Both the position numbers and the translations under genes were made by a program. A stretch of 64,000 nucleotides of DNA from Lentisphaeria bacterium (GTDB lineage: Bacteria; Verrucomicrobiota; Lentisphaeria; JABSQK01; JAWLHB01). The first letter of the stretch is position 1; each line of letters opens with the position of its first letter. This document shows, in pieces, positions 41,728 through 51,412 of the stretch. The stretch covers positions 1 to 64,000 of the forward strand of contig JAWLHB010000022.1 of assembly GCA_041690595.1 (NCBI GenBank), in the 5' to 3' direction. Under the pieces are notes generated by a model that was given only the letters and a program-made list of their open reading frames with translations, was not told the origin of the DNA and made no database searches.

Positions 41728-44193
41728 ATGCACCGTACGATACCCCGAGCCCTGGTCGTTATCTGCGCCATTGCCGCCTCTGCCGCGTGCGCCTCCGCCG
41801 CGGAAAGCGTCAAGCTCGCCGCTCCAGGCCGGCCGCCCGCCCCGATCGTCCTCTCCGGAGACATCACCGTCCTCAAGCTGACCCCCCAGCAGAAGCGCCA
41901 GCTCAGCCCCGCCCAGCTCGAAGAGCGACGCCAGATCGAACTGCAAGCCACCATCGTCGAGGACCTCGCCTACCACCTCGAGAAGATGACCGGGCAGCGC
42001 CCCGAGATCATCGTCGCCGATGAAGCCGGTGCCATTCCCACGCCCGCCATCGTCCTCGGCGACCAGGCGGTCCAACTCGGCGCCATGCCGCAACACCAGA
42101 CGACGATGGGTGAGTCCTTCCGCCTCCTCACCCGCGACGGCCGGCTTCTCATCGGCGGCGAGAGCATCTACGGCGTCTCCCACGGGCTCTACCAGCTCCT
42201 GCGCGAACTCGGCTGCGACTGGATCTTTCCCGGCGAGGAAGGCGAGATCATCCCCCGAAACGAGAGCGTGACCATCGGCCCGCTGGACATCGCCCTCAAG
42301 CCCGACTTCGAGATGCGCGCCCCCTGGTACAGCGGAGGCCGCATCATCGTCAAGCCCGAAGAGTTCGTCCTCTTCGACCAGTGGAAGCTGCGCCAGCAGC
42401 AGACCCATCCCGGGCGCGAGCATCCCCGTTACCTCACCGGCGGCCACTACTGGTTCTACGTCCTTCGCAACCATCGCGAGCTGCTCGAAAAGAACCCCGA
42501 GATGCGCGCCCTCTCCCGCATGCCCGACGGCTCCCTCGTGCGCAACTGGAGCCAACTCGAATCCACCCATCCCGCCGTCATCGACCTCGTCGTCGAGGAC
42601 ATTCGCGAGCGCTTCAAGACCAACGGCTGGCCCAACGACCATACCGTCGCCATCAACATCGGCCCCAACGACGGCACCAACTACTCCGTCTCCCCCGAAA
42701 GCATCGCCGCCTCCCCCCGCCGCATGGACCCCGTCTCCGGCGAAGAAGACTTCACCGACCTCCTCATCGCCTACGGCAACGAGGTACTGACGCGACTCGA
42801 AGACGAGTTCCCCAACCTCTACCTTGGCATGCTCCTCTACGGCGCCCACACCGACTACCCCATGCGCTACAAGCCTCATCCCCGCTTCGCTATCGTCATC
42901 GCCGACATCACCCAGTCACGCTACCACAGCCTCCTCGACCCTCGCAGCGCCACCCGCACCTACTACCGCAACATCCTCGAGCAATGGGCCCAACTCCATC
43001 GCGAGCAGGGTAACCCCATGGGCTTCTACGGCTACAACTGGAACCTCGCCGAAAACCTCCTCCCCTACAGCAAAATGAAGATCTGGGGCCAGGACCTGCC
43101 CTACTACCACCGCATGGGCGTCATCGGCCACAACAACGAACAGGACAAGGCATGGAGCATCCTCGGCTCGCACGACTACCTCATGGCCCGCATGGGATGG
43201 CAGATCGACCTCGATTGGCGACAGCTCCTCACCCACTACTGCCAGCTCGCCTTCGGCGCCGCCGCACCGCACATGGAAGCCTATTACCTCGATCTCATCG
43301 ACACCCAGGAATCCGCCGGCATCGAGGCAGGCGCCCACTACGCCAGCGAACAGATTCTGAACCTCGACTTCCTCGACCGCGCCAAGGCTCACATGGCCAA
43401 GGCCGCTGCCGCCGCCGACACCGATGTGCATCGACGCAACGTCGACTACTTCAGCCAACCCGTCGGCATGCTCGATATCTTCCACCAGTATCGCGCGGCC
43501 ATGAAGCGTTTCGACTTCGCCGCCGCCAAGTCGCGCATGGACGCCATGTTTGCCCACTTCGACGCCTACCAGCAGAAGAACCCCATGATGGTCTCCCGCT
43601 ATGGCCGCCGCTACCTCGAACGCCTCCAGAAACCCTTCATCGAACAAGCCGTCACCTACTCCACCGGCGACTACCGCATCGTCTACCAGCTGCCCGATGC
43701 GCTGCCGACCATCTTCGATCCCCATGCTCAGGGGCAGTTCATGGGCTTCTATCATCCGAGCATGCGTGAGAAGGATCTGGTGACCACCCGTACGTATTCG
43801 ACGACGTGGGCCGCTCAGGGCCTCGGCGCCTACCGCCCAGGCGCCGTCTGGTACCGCGTTCGCTTCGACCTCCCCAATGGCGTGGGTGACCAGGGCATCG
43901 GTCTCTTCGTCGGCGCCGCCGAAGACGAAATCCACGTCTGGTGCAACGGCGACTACATCGGCAGCGGTCACGGCTTTCCCCGTCCATTCACCTTCGACCT
44001 GACCGAACACGCGCAGTCGGGGCAGGAGAATCTACTCGCCCTCCAGGTCATCAAACGCAGCATGGTTAACGAGATCTGGCTCGGTGGACTCATCTATCCG
44101 AGCTTCGTCTTTGCCGGTCCTCAACTCGAACAGGTCGCGCCTCGCCAGGAACCGCTACAGCGCGTGTTGCCCGGCAGCGGAGGTACGGAGTGA
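41728..44193 (+). CDS. secreted DUF4838-like protein with C-terminal sugar-binding-like domain
   Basis: Signal peptide; DLAYHLEKMTG, LRELGCDWIFPG, AFGAAAPHM..YY, C-terminal AVWYR..F / VWCNG galactose-binding-like fold. Confidence 0.7.
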   Translation: MHRTIPRALVVICAIAASAACASAAESVKLAAPGRPPAPIVLSGDITVLKLTPQQKRQLSPAQLEERRQIELQATIVEDLAYHLEKMTGQRPEIIVADEAGAIPTPAIVLGDQAVQLGAMPQHQTTMGESFRLLTRDGRLLIGGESIYGVSHGLYQLLRELGCDWIFPGEEGEIIPRNESVTIGPLDIALKPDFEMRAPWYSGGRIIVKPEEFVLFDQWKLRQQQTHPGREHPRYLTGGHYWFYVLRNHRELLEKNPEMRALSRMPDGSLVRNWSQLESTHPAVIDLVVEDIRERFKTNGWPNDHTVAINIGPNDGTNYSVSPESIAASPRRMDPVSGEEDFTDLLIAYGNEVLTRLEDEFPNLYLGMLLYGAHTDYPMRYKPHPRFAIVIADITQSRYHSLLDPRSATRTYYRNILEQWAQLHREQGNPMGFYGYNWNLAENLLPYSKMKIWGQDLPYYHRMGVIGHNNEQDKAWSILGSHDYLMARMGWQIDLDWRQLLTHYCQLAFGAAAPHMEAYYLDLIDTQESAGIEAGAHYASEQILNLDFLDRAKAHMAKAAAAADTDVHRRNVDYFSQPVGMLDIFHQYRAAMKRFDFAAAKSRMDAMFAHFDAYQQKNPMMVSRYGRRYLERLQKPFIEQAVTYSTGDYRIVYQLPDALPTIFDPHAQGQFMGFYHPSMREKDLVTTRTYSTTWAAQGLGAYRPGAVWYRVRFDLPNGVGDQGIGLFVGAAEDEIHVWCNGDYIGSGHGFPRPFTFDLTEHAQSGQENLLALQVIKRSMVNEIWLGGLIYPSFVFAGPQLEQVAPRQEPLQRVLPGSGGTE

Positions 44194-45332
44194 TGAAACA
44201 CGTGCATACTGCAACGATCGAGCATCTGGAAGTCTACCGCAAGGCCGGGCACTTTGCCGGCTGGCCCGCCAACTATGGCATCTGGTCATGGGGCGAGGAC
44301 ATCGTACTCGGCTTCACCCTCGGCCACATGCGCGTCGCCGAAGGGCTCTTTCACCTGCGCGACACCAGCCGCCCCTTCACCACCATGCAGGCCCGCAGCC
44401 GCGACGCTGGCCGCACCTGGGAGTGCCAACCCTTCCCCGGCGCCACCCCCGACCATCGCGCCCTCTCCGCTGACGAACACATGGTCGGCGAACTCGGCCT
44501 CGAACAGGCCCTCGCCCGCCCCGATTGCCCCAATCGGCCACAGCCGCACCCCGGCGGCATCGACTTCACCGCCCCCGATTTCGCCTTCATGGCCGCCAAG
44601 ACCGGCATCGTCTCCGCCGCCGGCGTGCGCTCCTTCTTCTATACCTCCAACGATCGCTGCCACACCTGGGATGGCCCCTGGGAGCTGCCCATGTTCGGCC
44701 AGACTGGCGTCGCCGCCCGCACCGACTACCTCCCCCTCGCCCCGCACGACTGCCTCCTCTTCCTCACCGGCAACAAGGCCGACGGCAGCGAGGGCCAGGT
44801 CTTCTGTGCCCGCACTCAGGATGGCGGCGCCAGCTTCCGTTTCGTCTCCTTCATCGGCCCCGAACTGCATGGCGAAGGCTGGGCCATCATGCCCGCCTCC
44901 CTCCGCCTCCCCGACGGCGAAATCCTCGTCGCTCGTCGCTGCGGCAAACCCGTCGGCGGCGATCGACTCTGGCATCACTGGATCGATCTCTACCACTCCC
45001 GCGACGAGGGGGCCACCTGGGCCTGCCTCGGCACCCCCGTCCCCAACGCCGGCATCAACGGCAATCCCCCCACCTTGAATCGCCTACCCGATGGCCGACT
45101 CTGCATCATTTACGGCTACCGCGACAAGCCCCACGGCATCCACGCCGTCCTCAGCGGCGACGACGGCCGAAGCTGGAGCGATCCCATCCATCTGCGCGAC
45201 GACGGCGGCGCTCCCGACCTCGGCTACCCCCGCACCGTCGTCCTCGATGACGGCACCGTCCTGACCGCCTACTACTTCGAAGATACCAACGAAGGCGAGC
45301 GCTACATCGCCGCCACCCGCTGGAAACCCTGA
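44193..45332 (+). CDS. BNR/Asp-box sialidase-like beta-propeller protein
   Basis: Asp boxes SRDAGRTW, SNDRCHTW, TQDGGASF, SRDEGATW, SGDDGRSW; DLGYP. Confidence 0.85.
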   Translation: MKHVHTATIEHLEVYRKAGHFAGWPANYGIWSWGEDIVLGFTLGHMRVAEGLFHLRDTSRPFTTMQARSRDAGRTWECQPFPGATPDHRALSADEHMVGELGLEQALARPDCPNRPQPHPGGIDFTAPDFAFMAAKTGIVSAAGVRSFFYTSNDRCHTWDGPWELPMFGQTGVAARTDYLPLAPHDCLLFLTGNKADGSEGQVFCARTQDGGASFRFVSFIGPELHGEGWAIMPASLRLPDGEILVARRCGKPVGGDRLWHHWIDLYHSRDEGATWACLGTPVPNAGINGNPPTLNRLPDGRLCIIYGYRDKPHGIHAVLSGDDGRSWSDPIHLRDDGGAPDLGYPRTVVLDDGTVLTAYYFEDTNEGERYIAATRWKP

Positions 45333-46252
45333 TGAACCATCCCCTGCGCAGAGGCATCCTTCCCGTCCTGCAGACCGAGTTCGACGCCACCGGCGCCATC
45401 GACCTTGCCGGCACGGAGCGCCTTGTCGAACACGCGCTCGCCTCCGGCGCCGCCGGCTTCCTCGTACCCGCCGTCGCCAGCGAAGTCGCCTTCCTCACGC
45501 CTCAGGAGCGCCAACGCCTCATTGCCCGCGTCTGCCAGATCGTTGCCGGCCGTGCGCCCGTCATCGCCGGAGCTTCCGCGGCTACCCCTCGCGACTGTCG
45601 TGAACTTGGCGAGATGGCCGAAAGCTGTGGCGCCGATGTCCTCCTCGTCGCGGTCCCCGAGCCCCTCTACCAGACCCAGGACGCGATCCTTCCCTTCATG
45701 AAGGCGGCCACCGAAGGCAGCACCCTGCCGCTGCTCGTCCAGGACTTGCAGTTTGGCGGTCCCGGCCTCGACATCACCACGATCACTTCGCTCCATCGCC
45801 AGCTGCCGAGGCTGGTCGGGCTCAAGATTGAAACCGTCCCCGCCGGCCCCAAGTATACCCTCGTGCGTGAGCGCTGCGGCGACGACCTCTTTGTCGCCGG
45901 CGGCTGGGCAACACCGCAGATGATCGAGGGGCTGGACCGCGGCGTCGACGGCCTGATCCCCGAAGCCTCCATGGTTCCCGTCTACCGCCGCATCTTCGAC
46001 CTGCATGCCGCCGGAGAGCGTCCCGGCGCCGTCACCCTCTTCCGCCGCCTCCTGCCCATCCTCGCCTTCAGCAACCAGGAGATCTGGAACTCCGTCATCT
46101 TCTTCAAGCGCCTGCTGATCCGCAAAGGGATCTTCCACAGTGCCGCCGTCCGCTGTCCGGTCACCTGGTGGGACCAGATCAGCGATCGCCTTGCCGATGA
46201 ACTGATCGACTACTATCTCCAACTCGAAGCCAACCCGATGGGTGCATCATGA
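45332..46252 (+). CDS. DapA-like family protein (divergent)
   Basis: GILPVLQTEF, PAVASE, ER, PVIAG, GLKIE (Schiff-base Lys retained). Confidence 0.8.
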   Translation: MNHPLRRGILPVLQTEFDATGAIDLAGTERLVEHALASGAAGFLVPAVASEVAFLTPQERQRLIARVCQIVAGRAPVIAGASAATPRDCRELGEMAESCGADVLLVAVPEPLYQTQDAILPFMKAATEGSTLPLLVQDLQFGGPGLDITTITSLHRQLPRLVGLKIETVPAGPKYTLVRERCGDDLFVAGGWATPQMIEGLDRGVDGLIPEASMVPVYRRIFDLHAAGERPGAVTLFRRLLPILAFSNQEIWNSVIFFKRLLIRKGIFHSAAVRCPVTWWDQISDRLADELIDYYLQLEANPMGAS

Positions 46253-49200
46253 CGCCGCTGTTCCGACTCGGTCTCTCTCTCCTCTGCCTCTGCCTGATCC
46301 TGCCCGCCGCATCAGCGGAACCGGGGGCGCCCCCCTTCGACATGCAGGCCATCATCGAAGCCCCCCTCGAGCCCGAGACCCTCAAGCGCGAGGTGCGGGA
46401 CGGCATCGTCATCGAGCACGTCACCTTCAATGGCGATCGCGACCGCGACGGCGCTATCCTCCGCCTCTCAGGCATCCTCGCCTATCCCGAAGGGGGCAGC
46501 GACCTGCCGGCCCTCCTCTGGTGCCAGGGCGGCATGGGCGATGCCCAGCCCTTCTTCCCGACCCTCTTCGCCCGCAAGGGCTACGCCTGCCTCCATATCA
46601 CCCTCTCCAAGAAGGTGTGGAACGCCCATGGCAAGTTCGACGCGGCCGACCCGACCAACGGCAACCTCGTGCGCCTCGCCGTCGAGCAGATGCGCGGCGT
46701 CACCTACATCGCCAACCGCCCCGAAGTGAACGCCGACAGGATCGGCGTGGGCGGCGCCTCCTACGGCGGCCTCTTCGCCACCTTCGTCGCCGGGGCCGAT
46801 CCCCGCATCAAGGCCGGCATGAGCTTCTTCGGCGCCGGCAATCACCACCTCGGTACCAATCTGCCGCAGTTCATCAAGCTCGCCAACCAGGAAGAGGTCG
46901 AGATCTTCTCCCGCACCGGCGACGGCGCCGCCTATCTCCGCCAGCGCGAGATCCCCTTCATCTGGGGCCTCCCCACCAACGACAACTGGTTCTTCTTTCC
47001 CGCCGTCGTCGAGACCTTTCGCCAGAAACCCGGCGAGAAGCGCATCGCCATCCTTCCCCATTGGATTCATGGCTTCCCGCCCGAACTCGACCAGCAGCTC
47101 TTCGACTGGTTCGACATCTACCTCAAAGGCACCCGCGATCCTTACCTCGCCCCCGGCACCATGACCCTCGCCAGAGAGGGCGATACCCTCGTCGCCGAGT
47201 GGAGCTGGAACGGCAAACCGGCGGCCCGCCGTGCCGATCTCATCGTCAGCTACGGCCGCAGCCTCCCCTGGCATGGATGGCGCCACCGCTACTATCACAC
47301 CATTCCCGCGCGCATCGACGGCCAGCGCGCTCGCGCCGAGATCCCCATCCCCGATCCCGACCTCCCCATCCTCGTCTTCGGCAACCTCTACGATGTCAAC
47401 GATGTCCTCGTCTCCACGGATCCCGTCGAAGCGACACCCCGCGCCATGGGCATCGCCGCGGCGACCGGCTTCCCCGTCACTAATGGCTCTCCCAGAGGCG
47501 CCTTCGAGCCGGAGGACACCCACATCCTCGCGGGAACCGCCCAGGCCTTCGGCCGCGTCGACCCCTCCACCGCCCATTCCGGCAGCCAGTCCATCGCCAT
47601 CGACCCACCGGCTGAAGGCGCCAAGCCCAAGACGGGCCGCCCCGAGGCGCGCCTGATCCTCTTCAACGTCTACGAGCGGGATCATCGCCTGCGCCTCTGG
47701 CTCAAGGCCGAGCGCCCGATGACCGTCAACATCGCCGTTCGGGCTCAGGCGCCGACCCATTGGGACGCGCCCGCCGTCAAGGCGATCCTCGCGTCCATGC
47801 CCGACGCCTCGCCCATCCCCGCGGCGGAGTCCATTCCCGCCTTTACCCTCGCCGCCGAACTCTCCGCCGAATGGCGGGAATTCACCGTCGATGTACCGTA
47901 CACCGGCGTCGCCGTCGAAGGGTACGAACTCCATGTTGATCGGGCGCCGGGTGAGGCTGGGACCTACTGGATCGACGACGTCTCCTTCGAAGCCCTGTGG
48001 CACGGCGCCAGGCCCGCCCCCCTCCTTCTGGCGGACGGCGGCAACGCCAACCTCCCCATCGTCATCGCCCCCGACGCCTCCGAGGCGATCAAGGCCACCG
48101 CCGCCGAGCTGGCGACCTTCCTGCAGCGCATCAGCGGCGCCCCATTCACCGTCCAGACTGGCACCGCCGCCACCGGCATCACCCTCGGTACCTTGGCGCA
48201 GTTCCCCGATCCGGCCCTCGCGGAGCCCCTCGCCATCCGCAACTTCTACGACGGCATCGAGGCCTTTGCCATCCGCACCGATGCCGACCGCATTCGCCTC
48301 ATTGCCAACACCGACGTCGGCCTCTCCCACGCCGTCCACCGCTTCCTCGAACTCCTCGGCTGCCGATGGTTCTTCATGACCGACACCTGGGAGGTCGTCC
48401 CCGAAGCCCGCACCCTGACCTTCGCCCACAACGAAGAGAGCCGCCCCGACATCTGGTCGCGCATCATCTGGTTCGACCGCCTTGCGCAACGCATGGAGCC
48501 GGGCGACCCGGAGGCCAGGCCGCTCTTCAACCGCTGGGCCACGCGCAACCGCATGAATCAGTCCCTCCAGGTGACCATCTCGCACGCCTGGCACAAGATC
48601 CCGAAGGTGATGGCCGCCGACTTCGAGGGCCATCCCGAGTACTTCGCCCTGGTCGAGGGGGAGCGCCAGGGGCCGCAGTTCTGCGTCACCAATCCCGGCC
48701 TGCAGGCGACGATCATCGCCTATGCGCGGCGGGAACTCGCCGCCAAGCCGACCCTCGATATGGTCTCGCTCGATCCTGCCGATACCTCCGGCTGGTGTAC
48801 CTGCGAGGCTTGCGCCGCCCTCGGCCACCACAGCGTGCAGCCCTTCCATCTGGCCAACATCGCCGCCCGCGCCCTCCAGGCGTCGCACCCCGGCAAATAC
48901 GTCGGCATCCTCGCCTACAGCTGGTACTCCATGCCCCCGCCCTTCGAACTCGAAGCCAACGTCCACGTGCAGTTGACGCGCGGTCTCAATGCCGGCCGCT
49001 ACACCGCCGATGAACTCTACGCCATGTGGACGGAGCGAAAAGGCAGCCTCGGCATCTACGAGTACTACTCCTACTGGCACATGGACCGTAATCTCCTCCC
49101 CGGCACCTGGATCGTCGACCTCCACGCCAACGCCGAACGCATCCGCGATTATGCTCGCAAGGGCATCGTCGACGTCAATGCCCAGGCCTCCGACAACTGG

Positions 49201-50571
49201 GGCATCCACGGCCTCGCCTATTACGTCGCCAACCGCCTGATGTGGGATGTCGACGCCGATGTCGACGCCCTCCGCGACGATTTTCTGTCGAAGGCCTTCG
49301 GCCCCGCCGCCGAACCGATGGGCCGCTACTACGCCAGGGTCAGCCAATCCCCGGGGCCGATTCCCGGCATGGGCCTCATCCGCCAGGCCATCGACGATGT
49401 CGAGGAAGCGTCGCGACTCGCGGCCGGCAAACCGGCGATCCTCGCCCGGATCGACGATATCAAGAAGCTGCTGATCTACAGCTATCTCGGCGAAAAGACC
49501 GACGCGCCGGCCTCCAGCTATGTCGGCATCAAGATGGCCGAGGGCATCGACTGGGAGCCGCGCCGCCAGATCTTTCTCGACTGGTTCACCTGGGCCTACC
49601 GCATGCGCAACAGCCACATGATCGCCTGGCTCACCTATCGCTCCACCGTCGGAAACCCCATCTCGAAGCAGTATGGCGACGACTGGTTCTGGCGCAACAC
49701 CGTCAAGAGCAAGGCGCCGAATCCCTGGCGCGACGAGACGCCCATTACCACCGAGGAGCTGGACCAGCGTCTCGCCGACATCAAGGCTGAACTCGGCCCT
49801 CTCCCCGACCTTGCCGCGCCGCCCGAGGCCGCCACCTTCGCCCTCGCCCGCTTCGAGGCCGGCGCCGGAGTCGAAACCGTCCTTCCCGTCTCCGGGCAGG
49901 CCACCTGGCTCCTGGCCAGCACCGAAGGCGAACCCCTGCGCTTCGTCATCGAGACGAAACCGACCGTCATCAAGCTCGGCGAAGGCGTCGCCGGTGTCGA
50001 GCAACCCCGGGAAATCGTCCTCGAAATCCCCGATGCGCGCTATACCCTCACCGCCGCCGACGGCACCGTCGTCGACAGTGGTCAACTGCCGCTCGGTATC
50101 AACAACCTGGAGTTGAAAGTGCCCGCCCCCGGCATCTACCGCTTCACCTGCAAGCGTGGCGGCGCCGGCTGGATTGCCCATCTCGGCAAGGAGCTTCCGC
50201 ATGCCCTCCTCCTCAGCCCCGGCCAGGACAGCCTCGACATTGTCGACATGCCCGGTGGCGACGCCATGGGCGTGCTGCCCGTCTGGTTCTACGTCCCAGG
50301 TGACATCACGGAGATCGTCCTTCAGGCCTATCAATGCGGCGTCGTCACCATCCGCTCACCATCGGGCGACATCGCCCTTCAGGGCGTCTCCGACGGCCGC
50401 TTCCTCCGCATTCCCGTCCCCGAGGGTCAGGCCGGCCGCTGCTGGCAGCTCGACCTGACCGAGGAGATGCGGCGCGGCCGCCTCCAGTTCCTGAACCTGC
50501 CCACCGTCCTGAGCTTCACCCCAACGGCGGCCTTCGTGCCAGCCGCGGCGGCGACAGCGATCGGAAAGTAA
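46249..50571 (+). CDS. secreted fusion: alpha/beta-hydrolase (esterase) plus CBM-like plus DUF4838-like domain
   Basis: 1440 aa; signal peptide; RPEVNADRIGVGGASYGG nucleophile elbow; WIDDVS CBM-like end; LELLGCRWF, HPEYFAL, WCTC..C, FGPAA..M..YY. Confidence 0.75.
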   Translation: MTPLFRLGLSLLCLCLILPAASAEPGAPPFDMQAIIEAPLEPETLKREVRDGIVIEHVTFNGDRDRDGAILRLSGILAYPEGGSDLPALLWCQGGMGDAQPFFPTLFARKGYACLHITLSKKVWNAHGKFDAADPTNGNLVRLAVEQMRGVTYIANRPEVNADRIGVGGASYGGLFATFVAGADPRIKAGMSFFGAGNHHLGTNLPQFIKLANQEEVEIFSRTGDGAAYLRQREIPFIWGLPTNDNWFFFPAVVETFRQKPGEKRIAILPHWIHGFPPELDQQLFDWFDIYLKGTRDPYLAPGTMTLAREGDTLVAEWSWNGKPAARRADLIVSYGRSLPWHGWRHRYYHTIPARIDGQRARAEIPIPDPDLPILVFGNLYDVNDVLVSTDPVEATPRAMGIAAATGFPVTNGSPRGAFEPEDTHILAGTAQAFGRVDPSTAHSGSQSIAIDPPAEGAKPKTGRPEARLILFNVYERDHRLRLWLKAERPMTVNIAVRAQAPTHWDAPAVKAILASMPDASPIPAAESIPAFTLAAELSAEWREFTVDVPYTGVAVEGYELHVDRAPGEAGTYWIDDVSFEALWHGARPAPLLLADGGNANLPIVIAPDASEAIKATAAELATFLQRISGAPFTVQTGTAATGITLGTLAQFPDPALAEPLAIRNFYDGIEAFAIRTDADRIRLIANTDVGLSHAVHRFLELLGCRWFFMTDTWEVVPEARTLTFAHNEESRPDIWSRIIWFDRLAQRMEPGDPEARPLFNRWATRNRMNQSLQVTISHAWHKIPKVMAADFEGHPEYFALVEGERQGPQFCVTNPGLQATIIAYARRELAAKPTLDMVSLDPADTSGWCTCEACAALGHHSVQPFHLANIAARALQASHPGKYVGILAYSWYSMPPPFELEANVHVQLTRGLNAGRYTADELYAMWTERKGSLGIYEYYSYWHMDRNLLPGTWIVDLHANAERIRDYARKGIVDVNAQASDNWGIHGLAYYVANRLMWDVDADVDALRDDFLSKAFGPAAEPMGRYYARVSQSPGPIPGMGLIRQAIDDVEEASRLAAGKPAILARIDDIKKLLIYSYLGEKTDAPASSYVGIKMAEGIDWEPRRQIFLDWFTWAYRMRNSHMIAWLTYRSTVGNPISKQYGDDWFWRNTVKSKAPNPWRDETPITTEELDQRLADIKAELGPLPDLAAPPEAATFALARFEAGAGVETVLPVSGQATWLLASTEGEPLRFVIETKPTVIKLGEGVAGVEQPREIVLEIPDARYTLTAADGTVVDSGQLPLGINNLELKVPAPGIYRFTCKRGGAGWIAHLGKELPHALLLSPGQDSLDIVDMPGGDAMGVLPVWFYVPGDITEIVLQAYQCGVVTIRSPSGDIALQGVSDGRFLRIPVPEGQAGRCWQLDLTEEMRRGRLQFLNLPTVLSFTPTAAFVPAAAATAIGK

Positions 50572-50574
50572 CCC

Positions 50575-51363
50575 ATGACCACCGAGTATCCTTTGATCGC
50601 CCGGCAGGTGGAACTCCAACAGCAGTACGTCCAAATCGAGGGGCGCGTCTGGTCCTGCATGGTGCGTTCAGGGGCGGCGACGCTTGTGTTGGTAACCAGC
50701 AGTCATCAGGACTACCGCCAGTACCTCGAGCTGCTGTCGTTCCTCGATCCAGCCCTCGGCATCGTGATCGTAGAATTGCCGGGCCACCGCGAAAGCCGAG
50801 TCTTGCCGAAGCACCTGTCGATCGAAGCTTTCGCCGACGATATCTTGAGCGTGCTGCGACAGACCACGGCCGGGGCCTGGTTCATTGGTGGCCACAGCAT
50901 CGGCGGCATGATCTCTCTGGAGGTGGGACGCCGGCACCCCGCACGGCTCCAGGGTGTCATTGCCATTGAAGGATGGACCTCCATGCAGGCCGCTGTCGAT
51001 GCCTTTGAGGGAGTCGACATGCATGTTACGCTGTCGCCCGCCCTCCGTGAGCGGCACGAAGAGATGCGCCGGCAGGCAACCGGACATCTCTCTCCTGACG
51101 AGCGTTCACGGTTCTCCCGGGTCTGGACCGAATGGGACTCCGGCGAGTCCTTCCTGCGGACGACGGAGCTGTCGATTCTGGAGATCTGGGGCGACCGCGG
51201 CCGAGCCCGTCCACGGCTTTCTCAACTGCGCATCCCCGAGCGCCAGAACATTTACCTGCACTGGGTTGCAGGCGCGTCCCACAACCTGCCTCTGGAGCGC
51301 CCGCGCGAACTGGCAGAGGCTATCGATAGCTTCATCAAGCATCTGCTATCCCAAAACGACTGA
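50575..51363 (+). CDS. alpha/beta-fold hydrolase
   Basis: ELPGH, GGHSIGG, WGDR, GASHNLPLERP. Confidence 0.82.
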   Translation: MTTEYPLIARQVELQQQYVQIEGRVWSCMVRSGAATLVLVTSSHQDYRQYLELLSFLDPALGIVIVELPGHRESRVLPKHLSIEAFADDILSVLRQTTAGAWFIGGHSIGGMISLEVGRRHPARLQGVIAIEGWTSMQAAVDAFEGVDMHVTLSPALRERHEEMRRQATGHLSPDERSRFSRVWTEWDSGESFLRTTELSILEIWGDRGRARPRLSQLRIPERQNIYLHWVAGASHNLPLERPRELAEAIDSFIKHLLSQND

Positions 51364-51412
51364 CATCCCCCCGCAAATTGCCATGTCAACATCCACCCCT
51401 GAGAGAAGTACC

